This document shows positions 39,440 to 49,295 of a DNA stretch of 64,000 bases, piece after piece. The DNA comes from Candidatus Babeliales bacterium (GTDB taxonomy: Bacteria; Babelota; Babeliae; Babelales; JANWKD01): contig OY969622.1 of NCBI GenBank assembly GCA_963701665.1, positions 1,024,001 through 1,088,000 of the forward strand, given 5' to 3'. The position numbers and the translations under genes were made by a program. The first letter of the stretch is position 1, and each line of letters begins with the position of its first letter. The notes below the pieces were generated by a model, which did not search any database, was not told the DNA's origin, and saw only the letters and a list, made by a program, of their open reading frames with translations.

Positions 39440-40566
39440 CGCCGTTTCGTTTTGAACTCATCCACTCGTCAAAAAAATCACGCGCACGCGTTGGCAGAAT
39501 TCACACAGCTCATGGGATCATCGATACGCCAAACTTTGTTGCGGTCGGCACGAACGCAAGCCTAAAGGCACTCGACAGCAGCATGATCGAGCAACTTGGC
39601 CTGCAGCTTATGTTCTGCAACACCTATCACTTAATGGTGCAACCGGGTACTGATATCATTAAGAAAGCCGGCGGATTACATACCTTTATGCATCGCAAAG
39701 CACCCATTATTACCGATTCGGGTGGGTTTCAAGTTTTTAGCTTAGCGTACGGCACCGTACATGATGAACTGAAAAGTCGAGGGTCAAAAAAACAAGATGG
39801 TTCGGTACTTAAAATTTCTGAAGAAGGCGTATTATTCCGTTCATACCGCGATGGCAGCCCACTTTTGCTCACGCCAGAATCGTCCATTGAGGCACAAAAA
39901 GATCTTGGTGCTGATATTATTATCCCGTTAGATGAACTGCCCCCGTATCATATTGATCAGCACGCGCTCGAAAAATCCCTGGAGCGTACGCATCGCTGGG
40001 AAAAACGCTCGCTTGAACATCATCTAAAAGACGCGCGACATCAAGCGATGTATTCCGTGATTCATGGTGGCGTTGATCCGTTATTGCGCAAGAAAAGCTG
40101 TGCCTTTTTGGCAGCGCTTCCCTTTGATGGGCACGCAATTGGCGGCAGTTTGGGAAAAAATCGCGAAGAGATGATCGCTATGCTCACTGAGCTTATGCCA
40201 TTGCTCCCCACTGAAAAACCAAATCATTTACTGGGGATTGGCGACTTGGCCTCGCTTGATAGTGCCGTTCGTTTGGGGATTGATACGTTTGATAGTTCAC
40301 ACCCAACTCGATGCGCTCGCCATGGCCTCTTATTTACTTCACGCGGCAATATTAAAATTACACACGGCAGTAATAAATATGCACTCGGGCCCATTGATGA
40401 TGCATGCGCGTGCTTTGTATGTAAACATCACTCGCTTGCCTATCTTCATCATTTATATAAAGCGCACGAATTAACCGGATATTCTCTTGCCACAATTCAT
40501 AATCTTCATTTTATGATACGGCGTATGCAAGAGTATCGAGAGAAAATTTTATTAGATGAAATCTAA
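39436..40566 (+). CDS. tgt: tRNA-guanine transglycosylase
   Basis: RARVGRI.T.HG.IDTP, NTYHL, TDSGGFQVFSL, GIDTFD, CACFVC...HNL zinc site. Confidence 0.96.
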   Translation: MTPFRFELIHSSKKSRARVGRIHTAHGIIDTPNFVAVGTNASLKALDSSMIEQLGLQLMFCNTYHLMVQPGTDIIKKAGGLHTFMHRKAPIITDSGGFQVFSLAYGTVHDELKSRGSKKQDGSVLKISEEGVLFRSYRDGSPLLLTPESSIEAQKDLGADIIIPLDELPPYHIDQHALEKSLERTHRWEKRSLEHHLKDARHQAMYSVIHGGVDPLLRKKSCAFLAALPFDGHAIGGSLGKNREEMIAMLTELMPLLPTEKPNHLLGIGDLASLDSAVRLGIDTFDSSHPTRCARHGLLFTSRGNIKITHGSNKYALGPIDDACACFVCKHHSLAYLHHLYKAHELTGYSLATIHNLHFMIRRMQEYREKILLDEI

Positions 40567-40616
40567 AATAACGTAAAAAAATTGTTTTTTGGTATAGTGA
40601 CATATGCGAACGCAAT

Positions 40617-40716
40617 GTCATCCCGAGGAGCAAAGCGACGTGGGGATCCAAACTTTAATTAATCCTTAAAGGAACTAATTTTATAATTGGATTGCCACGC
40701 ATTCGCTCGCAATGAC
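40617..40716. repeat. Palindromic repeat, copy 4
   Basis: GTCATCCCGAGGAGCAAAGCGACGTGGGGATCC...GGATTGCCACGCATTCGCTCGCAATGAC. Confidence 0.85.
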
Positions 40717-40746
40717 AGAATTTGATAATTTTAAAGAAAAGGCTTT

Positions 40747-41070
40747 ATGAAAATAGTATCGTCATCATTATGGTTAAGCTTGCTGTGTATCATTTTTAAC
40801 AATGCTTATTCTATGGATCCAGGAACAATGGATCGAGAAGTAGAGGGCATGATTCATCAGAGAACAATATACTATAAGTTTGAACCTTCGGCAGACCCAA
40901 AGCAAATTCGACCATTCATTACGGGCATAAAAGAAGTCTTTGTCTATGAACTGGCTAATGTAGAAAATTCTTCTCCTAATATAGTAAATGAACATCAATC
41001 TGAAAAAAATTATCTCGCAGAAATATTTTTTGCCCTTTGCTGCTATAGCAGTCAAGAACATGAGTTATGA
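40747..41070 (+). CDS. Small secreted-type hypothetical protein
   Basis: Signal peptide AYS|MDP; ATGA overlap with the next gene. Confidence 0.55.
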   Translation: MKIVSSSLWLSLLCIIFNNAYSMDPGTMDREVEGMIHQRTIYYKFEPSADPKQIRPFITGIKEVFVYELANVENSSPNIVNEHQSEKNYLAEIFFALCCYSSQEHEL

Positions 41071-41813
41071 AAATAATCAGTTCGCTGCAAAATCCAGAGA
41101 TCAAATCTATTGCACAGCTCGCTCAAGCAAAATATCGCTATGAACAACGGCGCTTTATCGCCGAAGGTTTGCGTACGTGCGCAACACTTATCGATGCCGG
41201 TGCAAACTTGCAGATGCTCTATGTTGTTCCTAAGTTCGCTCACGAAGCACAAGAATTGTCTTCAGCTGAACACGTAACAGAAGTGTCTGAAGCGATCATA
41301 AAAAAAATAAGCACAACAAGTTCACCAAGTGGGATTGTAGGAGTTTTTTCATTGCCGCAGGAGTCTTCACCTGAACAACTTTCACCCGGTATTGTGCTTG
41401 TCGATATTCAAGATCCAGGAAACGCTGGAACGCTTATACGCACCTGTGCAGCGATGGGAAAAAAGACCGTTGTTTTTGTCGGCGGGGTTGATCCATGGCA
41501 TCCGAAAGTTATTCAAGCGTGCGCAGGAACTATTGCACTCGTTACTATTTTTCAACTTTCATGGCATGATTTGCTTGCACACAAACAACAATTATCATTG
41601 TGTGCACTCGTTGTACAAGGCGGCAACAAAGCTGAAGATTTAAAATTATCAGATACACTTTTAGTTGTTGGCAATGAAGCACATGGATTATCGGCAACAG
41701 TAATTGAACAATGTGAACAAAAACTCACGTTACCAATGCCCGGAAACACCGAAAGTCTTAATGCCGCTGTGGCAGGATCTGTTGCATTATATTTGGCATG
41801 GCACACTTCATAA
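41067..41813 (+). CDS. TrmH/SpoU-family RNA 2'-O-methyltransferase
   Basis: IQDPGNAGTLIRT, VGNEAHGL, LPMPGNTESLNAAVA SPOUT motifs. Confidence 0.93.
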   Translation: MKIISSLQNPEIKSIAQLAQAKYRYEQRRFIAEGLRTCATLIDAGANLQMLYVVPKFAHEAQELSSAEHVTEVSEAIIKKISTTSSPSGIVGVFSLPQESSPEQLSPGIVLVDIQDPGNAGTLIRTCAAMGKKTVVFVGGVDPWHPKVIQACAGTIALVTIFQLSWHDLLAHKQQLSLCALVVQGGNKAEDLKLSDTLLVVGNEAHGLSATVIEQCEQKLTLPMPGNTESLNAAVAGSVALYLAWHTS

Positions 41814-41827
41814 GGTAATATTGTATT

Positions 41828-42034
41828 TAACGCGAATTCGATATAAATTATACAATTAGCAAGAATGTCTTCCCGAGGAACGTAGTGACGTGGGGATCCA
41901 GAACTTCAATACATTCCTTATATGAAATAATTTTATTATCTGGGTTGCCACGCCCTTAACAGGGCTCGCAATGACATTTTTTTTCTATAATATGCGTTTC
42001 CTACGGCACAGTCATATACATCGAATTCTCATTA
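41828..42034. mobile_element. Palindromic MITE-like repeat, copy 5 (core 41867-41975)
   Basis: Core as in the other copies. Outer inverted repeats TAACGCGAATTCGAT / ATCGAATTCTCATTA. Confidence 0.82.
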
Positions 42035-42049
42035 TTTTGTAAGGTACTT

Positions 42050-43360
42050 ATGTCACACCATCATAAACTTTCTTTTTGGTCAGCATTGCTCGTCAATTTA
42101 AATGTCATGTTTGGTGCTGGCATTTTTGTTAATACGCTTTCACTCGCTCAATTAGCTGGTTCGCTCGGTTTTTTGAGTTATTGTATTGTTGGCGTCATTT
42201 TATTGCCACTCATTATTTCAATGGCACGCTTGATGCAGTATTTTCCTGATGGCGGTTTTTATGCGTACGCAACAAAAACAATGCACCCGTTTTATGGATT
42301 TTTGAGCGCGTGGGCATACTTTACTGGAAAACTCGCGTCTGCAGCATTGCTTATTCATATTTTCTCAACACTCTTTCTTTCACTTTTTCCAACACTTTCG
42401 TTGAACCCTTTTGCACTTGATGTCATTATCATCATCCTGTTTACGCTGTTGAATGCATGGCACATGAAAACAGGTAAAAACATTATGTATGCGTTTATTT
42501 TTTTTAAAATTACGCCAATCCTATTTACCATAGGATGTTGTTTATATCTTTATAAATTCTGGTCAATGCCTGCAGCGAGTTTGCAATGGAGCGGCATTCC
42601 AACAACACTTCCCCTAGTACTTTTTGCATTCTCGGGATTTGAAGCATGTTGTTCATTAAGTGGTTCTTTGGAAAATGCAAAAGTAAATGGACCGCGGGTG
42701 CTCTTTTTATCCTATAGCGTGGTCGTCGTTATAACAATCATCTATCAACTGCTCTTTTATCTAACGGCCGGTGATACGCTGCAACATCAAACTAACTTTC
42801 TTGGCATCTTCCCCGCGTTGCTTTCACATCTTTTGCCGTTAGGTTCAACCTACATGCCGCTGCTTATTTCATTGCTTTCTCTTGCCGTTGCATTCGCTGC
42901 ACTCGGCGGCAGTTATGGCATTTTGTTCAGCAATCATTGGAATCTTTATGCACTCGCCAAACATAAACACACGTTTTTTTCTGGTGCACTCGCTCGTTTG
43001 AATGCACACGCTATTCCCATGGCGTGCGTTATCATTGAAGCATTTTTTTGCTTGCTTTATTTGTTCATTTCTAAGGGAGCGGTAGTTGTGTTACAACAAA
43101 TTAGTGTTTTGGGCTGTTCAGTTGCGTATGTGCTCAGTATTATCGGGTTACTGGTTTATAACCGCGCAAATAACTATCAAATCATCCACCCGTGGATTTG
43201 CAACAGCGCCATCGCAAGCTGTTTGCTATTCATCGCACTCTGTGTACGAAACTTCTATTTAAATGGCTTTGGTGCTTTTGGCGTTTTTAGTGGTATTATT
43301 ATTTTCGGTTTGTTTATGTACTTTAGCACAAAAAATATACAGAGCACCCATAAAAACTAA
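42050..43360 (+). CDS. APC-family amino acid permease
   Basis: MFGAGIF, GGFYAY, FAFSGFE, about 12 TM segments. Confidence 0.9.
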   Translation: MSHHHKLSFWSALLVNLNVMFGAGIFVNTLSLAQLAGSLGFLSYCIVGVILLPLIISMARLMQYFPDGGFYAYATKTMHPFYGFLSAWAYFTGKLASAALLIHIFSTLFLSLFPTLSLNPFALDVIIIILFTLLNAWHMKTGKNIMYAFIFFKITPILFTIGCCLYLYKFWSMPAASLQWSGIPTTLPLVLFAFSGFEACCSLSGSLENAKVNGPRVLFLSYSVVVVITIIYQLLFYLTAGDTLQHQTNFLGIFPALLSHLLPLGSTYMPLLISLLSLAVAFAALGGSYGILFSNHWNLYALAKHKHTFFSGALARLNAHAIPMACVIIEAFFCLLYLFISKGAVVVLQQISVLGCSVAYVLSIIGLLVYNRANNYQIIHPWICNSAIASCLLFIALCVRNFYLNGFGAFGVFSGIIIFGLFMYFSTKNIQSTHKN

Positions 43361-43397
43361 TCATGCTCCGCCACCTTATGCAATGGCCAGAGCATGA
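43361..43397. terminator. Hairpin between convergent genes
   Basis: TCATGCTC...GAGCATGA inverted repeat. Confidence 0.4.
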
Positions 43398-43427
43398 AAT
43401 CAATCTATTTTCGGATGTACTCTGATT

Positions 43428-43958
43428 TTATTGAATATTAAATTCATCCTTTAATTCTGCTAATACAGCTTTGCGTTTTTCTTTCCATTGTGCTTCAGGA
43501 ATGATTATTGCTCTTGGCACATCCCCGAAAGAATCAAAGCTATAACCTTCTATATACCATAATGTATGTTGCATAGCATCTTTTTCTACTTTTTCTTCAG
43601 CCCAAGCACGTTGTTCTTGAAAGATTCGCTTAAGTTCTTCGCTCGACAAACGCCGTATTATTGTTTGAGAAAAAGGTTGTTCTTCGGTGTAACGTTTAAA
43701 ACACCCTCTTGTCCCAGAATCGTAACAACAAGCAGCATCTAGTTGTCCAACAATATAATAACGTGCGTATAAAACTGCGGCAGTATGTAAATCCTTTTCA
43801 TCAATTCTATAGGCATAAGGATCTGTTGAGCCCTTAAGAGCAATTTTCTTAATTTCATCTACCATTTGTTTTGGATCGGTTAATTGTTCTAAGTCCATTG
43901 AATAGGTGCTAGTACATAGCACCAGAGAAAAAACAGTAAATAAATTTTTCAGTTTCAT
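43428..43958 (-). CDS. Secreted-type hypothetical protein
   Basis: AAGGAG SD; signal peptide TYS|MDL. Confidence 0.7.
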   Translation of the reverse strand: MKLKNLFTVFSLVLCTSTYSMDLEQLTDPKQMVDEIKKIALKGSTDPYAYRIDEKDLHTAAVLYARYYIVGQLDAACCYDSGTRGCFKRYTEEQPFSQTIIRRLSSEELKRIFQEQRAWAEEKVEKDAMQHTLWYIEGYSFDSFGDVPRAIIIPEAQWKEKRKAVLAELKDEFNIQ

Positions 43959-44168
43959 ATCGACTCTCCTTTAGTAAATAGTGGTCTTGAAAATTCACCA
44001 AAATCATATCTTTAAAAAACGGAATGTCAAACCGATAAATCGTTACTTTTTGCCCCTTGTATTGCCCAATAGAAGCCATGCCCAAATAATATCTAATAGG
44101 ATTTTCAAATCATTTTTTTTATGCTATACTGCCCATAGAATATTCTTTAAAAATGGGGGTTTTTACCT

Positions 44169-44681
44169 ATGGACTTCAAGAATTGTTACGCATTGTCAAT
44201 TTTTATATGCTTGTTTTTAACAAGCATTCCTTTATATGCTGATCTGGTGCCAAAAAGAATATTGGAACCAGAAACCCTGACAACTCTCGTTCCGGAAAGA
44301 ATATTAGAACCAGAAGTAAAATCTACTAGAAGGACAGAGAAGAAAGCAGAGAAGGAAACGGCCCTTACCATGCTTGGTAAAAGCTTCGGTGGCTATGGCC
44401 TTGGCCTGGCTACTTCTGGCTTAATTCTCGCTGCATTCTGCAACGTCTCAAAAACCTCTCATGACTCAACGTCATATATAGCCCTCGGTCTTCTTTCAAG
44501 CTTTGCCGGCGGTAGCCTCGCCAATTTCTGTGTACACCGTTATCCTAAACAAACAGCCTGGACCGTCGGAGGATTGCTTTCAAGCACACTCATTGGAGCT
44601 CCAATCTGCTATAAAATCCTCGACCTTCTTCCCATTACTGACCAAGCAAGACTCTTTGCCAATTATTATCCACAACGATAA
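44169..44681 (+). CDS. Hypothetical membrane protein
   Basis: Signal peptide, LVP[K/E]RILEPE duplication, three Gly-rich hydrophobic helices. Confidence 0.65.
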   Translation: MDFKNCYALSIFICLFLTSIPLYADLVPKRILEPETLTTLVPERILEPEVKSTRRTEKKAEKETALTMLGKSFGGYGLGLATSGLILAAFCNVSKTSHDSTSYIALGLLSSFAGGSLANFCVHRYPKQTAWTVGGLLSSTLIGAPICYKILDLLPITDQARLFANYYPQR

Positions 44682-44740
44682 TATTGCACCCCACAAAAGC
44701 ACTGTGATAAGCTGACAGTATATTTATTAAAGGGGGAACT

Positions 44741-45205
44741 ATGAAAAAAATAATTGTATTGCTAGTAACATGTAGCTGGAGCTTTAATGCATTGAGTGCT
44801 ACGAGTGGGGTTGCACTGCGCTGGACTCAAGGAAAAATCACCAACAACACCAAAAAAAATATCGAAGTTAAGGTTAAATACACACTCAACTGTAACAACG
44901 TTACGCCAGCACCTGAAAAAACCAAATGCACGAGTTCAGGGAATGTTTTAATCCTAAGAGTGAGTGCTGGTCAAACAATAGCCATGTCAGATATTAATGC
45001 CGTTAAAAGCATATCTCCACAAACTGTATCAACAGAGCATGGCCTTAAAAACACGCTTCATGTAAAGTTCCCAGCTGAACAACAGGGTACCCTAACCTAT
45101 GCACCGCTTAGTTATGATGTACCGTATTCAGATCTTGATAAGACGCCAAAAAATTTTACTATCAGTTTAGCTCCTGGCAACGTCATGAAGATACAACCAC
45201 GATAA
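44741..45205 (+). CDS. Small exported beta-rich protein
   Basis: GGGGG SD, signal peptide, ITNNT motif, Cys pair. Confidence 0.7.
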   Translation: MKKIIVLLVTCSWSFNALSATSGVALRWTQGKITNNTKKNIEVKVKYTLNCNNVTPAPEKTKCTSSGNVLILRVSAGQTIAMSDINAVKSISPQTVSTEHGLKNTLHVKFPAEQQGTLTYAPLSYDVPYSDLDKTPKNFTISLAPGNVMKIQPR

Positions 45206-45218
45206 CAAGGGAAATACT

Positions 45219-45602
45219 ATGAAAAAAACAGTATTAAGCCTACTTGTGTTATTTAGTAGTGTTACTCTATATGCTAAAGAAGGCTATTCTAATCGCATTA
45301 CTAATAAAACTGGCTACCCATTAAAAGTTTCAGTCTTGTGCACCCATGTATGTGATAAAAATGATAAAACCTGTAAAGCTGCAGATGGGTATATGGTTAT
45401 CATACCGCCACACAAAACAATGTCAGTAAAAAAAGACAATATGGCGTATGAGATTGAAAACCCTAAACATGAAAATGCTCTTAAATTGGAAATACCTTCT
45501 GATCATGGCCAGATGAAAATTCCACCTAAACGAATAACTAATCCTACAAAAAAGAAATTTACCGTTACGATTGATAGCAGAAATATGCTTGCGGTCAAAT
45601 AA
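45219..45602 (+). CDS. Small exported beta-rich protein, likely distant paralog of the previous gene
   Basis: AAGGGA SD, signal peptide, ITNKTG motif, cysteines, KKFTVTI versus KNFTISL. Confidence 0.7.
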   Translation: MKKTVLSLLVLFSSVTLYAKEGYSNRITNKTGYPLKVSVLCTHVCDKNDKTCKAADGYMVIIPPHKTMSVKKDNMAYEIENPKHENALKLEIPSDHGQMKIPPKRITNPTKKKFTVTIDSRNMLAVK

Positions 45603-45621
45603 AAAATTGCTATGAAAAACT

Positions 45622-46683
45622 TTAACGCATTTTTAATGTCATTAATGCCAGTAAGCAAAGAATAAGAGAAATAATAGCAAATCGGACGGTAATTTTTGAT
45701 TCTTGCCAACCGAGTAATTCAAAATGATGATGAATGGGCGCCATTTTGAAAATACGCCTTTTTAGCAGTTTAAATGAGAATACTTGTATAATGACTGATA
45801 ATGCTTCAATAACAAATAAACCACCAGAAACTATTAAGAGTAATTCTTGCTTTGCCATCACTGCCATAAGCGCCAATCCTGCTCCAAGTCCTAATGAACC
45901 TACATCTCCCATGAAAATTTGCGCAGGATAGGTGTTATACCACAAAAAGCCTAGGCACGCGCCTACCAACGTCGTGCCAATAATCGTTATTTCTGACGTA
46001 CCCGCATACAGAATATGCAAATAGGTAGCCAACATGTAATGGCCTGCTACATAACACATGATGCTATAAAGAGCAAAGTTTGGAATCAGGGAACTAATGG
46101 CAAGCCCATCAAGCCCGTCAGTGAGGTTCACCGCATTGCTACATCCTATTAACACCAGCATAACCCATGGAATAAAGAGTACCCCTAAATACGGATTAAA
46201 GTTCTTAAAAAAAGGAAAACTGAGCCTCAAATCCGCGCCATGCAAAACCAATAAGAGAGCAATAATACCTGCTACAAGAAGCTGTAAATAAAGCTTATGT
46301 GATGCGCTTAACCCCTTTTTTTTATGAATTTTATACAGATCATCGCACAAACCAATACCCCCAAAACCAAGCAAGCATGCAAGCATAATAAACACTTCGT
46401 GATGTAGCAAATTGCACCAGAGCAAGGAATTAACCACGACAACGGTTAAAATAAAAATACCCCCCATGGTAGGCATATTATTCTTTAATTTGTGATGTTC
46501 AGGGGTATATTCACGAGCGGCTGAGCGAAAAAAAAGTTTAGATTTCTCTATGAAATAATTACCAAAAATAAATGAGGTTAATAATGAAGTGAGAAGTGCT
46601 GCCATAGCACGGAAACTCACATAGTGAATGACGTTTAACCAAGAAATATTCTGTTTGAAATAAAGCGCTAAATGATATAGCAT
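45622..46683 (-). CDS. mraY: Phospho-N-acetylmuramoyl-pentapeptide transferase
   Basis: PTMGG, NAVNLTDGLDGLA, FLWYNTYPAQIFMGDVGSL, MAPIHHHFE. Confidence 0.97.
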   Translation of the reverse strand: MLYHLALYFKQNISWLNVIHYVSFRAMAALLTSLLTSFIFGNYFIEKSKLFFRSAAREYTPEHHKLKNNMPTMGGIFILTVVVVNSLLWCNLLHHEVFIMLACLLGFGGIGLCDDLYKIHKKKGLSASHKLYLQLLVAGIIALLLVLHGADLRLSFPFFKNFNPYLGVLFIPWVMLVLIGCSNAVNLTDGLDGLAISSLIPNFALYSIMCYVAGHYMLATYLHILYAGTSEITIIGTTLVGACLGFLWYNTYPAQIFMGDVGSLGLGAGLALMAVMAKQELLLIVSGGLFVIEALSVIIQVFSFKLLKRRIFKMAPIHHHFELLGWQESKITVRFAIISLILCLLALMTLKMR

Positions 46684-46792
46684 GAAATACCTTCTTTGCA
46701 AGAAAATATCGTGAATGTGTGAAATAAATCGTCTAGTTTTTAGTCAAAAAAATCGTGAAAAACACCCGTTTTAACCTGAAAACTACCCCCTT

Positions 46793-46820
46793 TTGACAAT
46801 ATCAGTCAGCAGTTTAAACT
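46793..46820 (+). promoter_or_regulatory. Putative sigma70 promoter
   Basis: TTGACA, 16 bp spacer, TAAACT upstream of the 46883 ORF. Confidence 0.4.
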
Positions 46821-46882
46821 AAAGATAGAGAAAAAAATAGTATAAAATTTGAAATATCCAATCTCTTAGAAAGGAAATCATC

Positions 46883-47296
46883 GTGAAATCAATTAATACT
46901 AAACTATTCTATGCAACTCTGATAAGCACCCTCATGCTTCTGAGTACAACAACGTACGCTGTTGATTCAATAGCAAGCCAAAAGCCAGAAGAAGAAATCG
47001 TTGCAGAATTCGTTGCCTGCATCAAGGATTTTAACGATAAGCGTACCTATGTACAATTTATCGATTCGGTCCTTGCAAAAGTAAAACTCCATAAAGAGTA
47101 TCTTACTGAATATTTCAAGACGAACTATCCAAAACTCAGTTTTGAAGGCTTTGTAGCAGCATTAGAAGCTGCTCGTAAAGCAACCAATCCTGCTTCCGCT
47201 GGTACTGCCTTATATAACTACAATCAACTATTACCAAAAGAAGCAACACTCGGTGTACTCTTAACTGGTATCACTCGTCGGATGAGAGTCTCGTAA
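46883..47296 (+). CDS. Exported hypothetical protein
   Basis: AAGGA SD, GTG start, signal peptide TYA|VDS. Confidence 0.7.
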   Translation: MKSINTKLFYATLISTLMLLSTTTYAVDSIASQKPEEEIVAEFVACIKDFNDKRTYVQFIDSVLAKVKLHKEYLTEYFKTNYPKLSFEGFVAALEAARKATNPASAGTALYNYNQLLPKEATLGVLLTGITRRMRVS

Positions 47297-47419
47297 TAAT
47301 ATACGCTATCAATTTTAAAAACTTCCCAAACGATATAGGGGAAATGGAGAAATTTGCAAATAGTTACTGGGTAACTGTTTGCAAATATGTTGCTATATAG
47401 CTTAGCTTTGGCTACAATT

Positions 47420-47456
47420 GTCCCTAGGATCATTAGTTTTCCTAGGGACTTTTTTT
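47420..47456 (+). terminator. Intrinsic terminator-like hairpin immediately upstream of mnmG
   Basis: GTCCCTAGGA-10 nt-TCCTAGGGAC followed by T7. Confidence 0.65.
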
Positions 47457-47471
47457 ACACTTACCACATTT

Positions 47472-49286
47472 ATGAACAAAAACACTTCACATGATTTTGA
47501 CGTTATTGTTGTTGGTGGCGGCCACGCCGGCATTGAAGCAGCATATGCAGCCGCACGTTTAGGCTCAAGAACGTTATTACTTACGCTTAATTTAGATAAA
47601 ATTGGTTATATGGCCTGCAATCCCGCAATTGGCGGTGTTGGCAAAGGCCATATTGTTTTTGAGATTAGTGCTTTGGGTGGCCTCATGCCACAAATGTGCA
47701 CACAAACATATCTTCAAGCACGCATGCTTAATACAAAAAAAGGGCCTGCTGTGCAGGGGCTCCGCTTACAAATTGATAAGCATGCCTATAATAAATTAAG
47801 CAAAGAAATTCTAGAAAAAACAGAAAACCTCACGCTTTTGAGCAGCATGGTCGAGCGTTTGCTCCTTACCAAAGATGGAAACGTGTGCGGTGTTGTTACA
47901 CGCGAGGGAATGTCCTATTCTGCGCCGAGCGTTATTTTAACCACCGGCACTTTTTTGAATGGTCTCATTCATATTGGCAAACATAATTATTCAGCGGGCC
48001 GTCAAGGCGATGAAGCCGTGCCACATCTTTCAGAATTTCTCGCATCCTTAGGATTAACCGTAGGTCGTCTAAAAACTGGTACACCACCCCGCTTATTACG
48101 CTCAAGCATTGATTTTTCAAAATTAGAATTTCAACAACCTGATAACCTTACCCATCTTTTTGAATTTTATCCGCACGAAGTAAAAAATTCTCGTAATTGT
48201 TATATTGCTTACACCAATGAAACAACCCATGAAATAATTCGCTCGAATCTTCATCTTTCAGCAATGTATAGCGGTAACATTAAAGGAATCGGCCCTCGTT
48301 ATTGCCCTTCGGTGGAAGATAAGATCGCTCGTTTTCCTGAAAAAACCTCGCATCACGTATTTGTTGAACCAGAAAGCGCGTCGAGTGAAGAAATATACCC
48401 GAACGGTATTTCAACATCACTGCCACTCGATGTACAACTTAAAATGGTGCGCTCAATTGTTGGGTTTGAAGAAGCAATCATTGTGCGACCCGGGTATGCC
48501 GTTGAATATGATTTTGTGCTTCCCCATCAATTACTTCATACGCTTGAAACAAAGAAAGTTCCTGGATTATTTTTAGCAGGACAAATTAACGGAACGACAG
48601 GCTACGAAGAAGCTGCGGGTCAAGGCATCATGGCCGGTATCAATGCACATTTGAAAGCGCATAACAAAGAACCCTTTATTCTTGACCGCACACAAGGGTA
48701 TATTGGAGTTATGATTGATGATTTAGTCACACTCGGTGTTGATGAGCCCTACAGAATGTTTACCTCACGCGCTGAACGACGCCTTGTCTTGCGACAAGAT
48801 AATGTCTTTCTGCGACTTGCTGATATGAGTTATAACTTAGGCTTAATCAATCAAGAGCTTTATAATTCAATCAAACAAGAAAAGGATCTTGTTCATGACA
48901 CTATTTCTAATCTGCGCGCAGGTAAAAATAGTTGTAAGATTCTTGAATTGTTGGGGAATCAAGAAGAGAACAAGCAAAAGTTAGTGGAATACACGGGGGG
49001 TACCTTGTCTGAACGCACCTTACAAACAGTCTGGGCAGATATTCGCTACGAACCTTATTTAAAGCGCGAAGAAAAAGAAATTGAGAAAACCAAACAGTAT
49101 CAAACAATGATACTGCCTTCAGAAAATTTTTATGGTGATATGCCTGGACTTTCAACTGAACTAAAGCAAAAGTTGCAAAAACATAAGCCAGCGACAATTG
49201 CTCAAGCAATGTTAATACCCGGCATGACACCAGCAGCTATTTCGTTGTTAATTTTTAAAACTAAAGAAAGTTTAAAAAATAAATAA
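47472..49286 (+). CDS. mnmG: tRNA uridine-5-carboxymethylaminomethyl modification enzyme MnmG/GidA
   Basis: [67 protein letters not shown]. Confidence 0.97.
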   Translation: MNKNTSHDFDVIVVGGGHAGIEAAYAAARLGSRTLLLTLNLDKIGYMACNPAIGGVGKGHIVFEISALGGLMPQMCTQTYLQARMLNTKKGPAVQGLRLQIDKHAYNKLSKEILEKTENLTLLSSMVERLLLTKDGNVCGVVTREGMSYSAPSVILTTGTFLNGLIHIGKHNYSAGRQGDEAVPHLSEFLASLGLTVGRLKTGTPPRLLRSSIDFSKLEFQQPDNLTHLFEFYPHEVKNSRNCYIAYTNETTHEIIRSNLHLSAMYSGNIKGIGPRYCPSVEDKIARFPEKTSHHVFVEPESASSEEIYPNGISTSLPLDVQLKMVRSIVGFEEAIIVRPGYAVEYDFVLPHQLLHTLETKKVPGLFLAGQINGTTGYEEAAGQGIMAGINAHLKAHNKEPFILDRTQGYIGVMIDDLVTLGVDEPYRMFTSRAERRLVLRQDNVFLRLADMSYNLGLINQELYNSIKQEKDLVHDTISNLRAGKNSCKILELLGNQEENKQKLVEYTGGTLSERTLQTVWADIRYEPYLKREEKEIEKTKQYQTMILPSENFYGDMPGLSTELKQKLQKHKPATIAQAMLIPGMTPAAISLLIFKTKESLKNK

Positions 49287-49295
49287 TAAAAGCTC

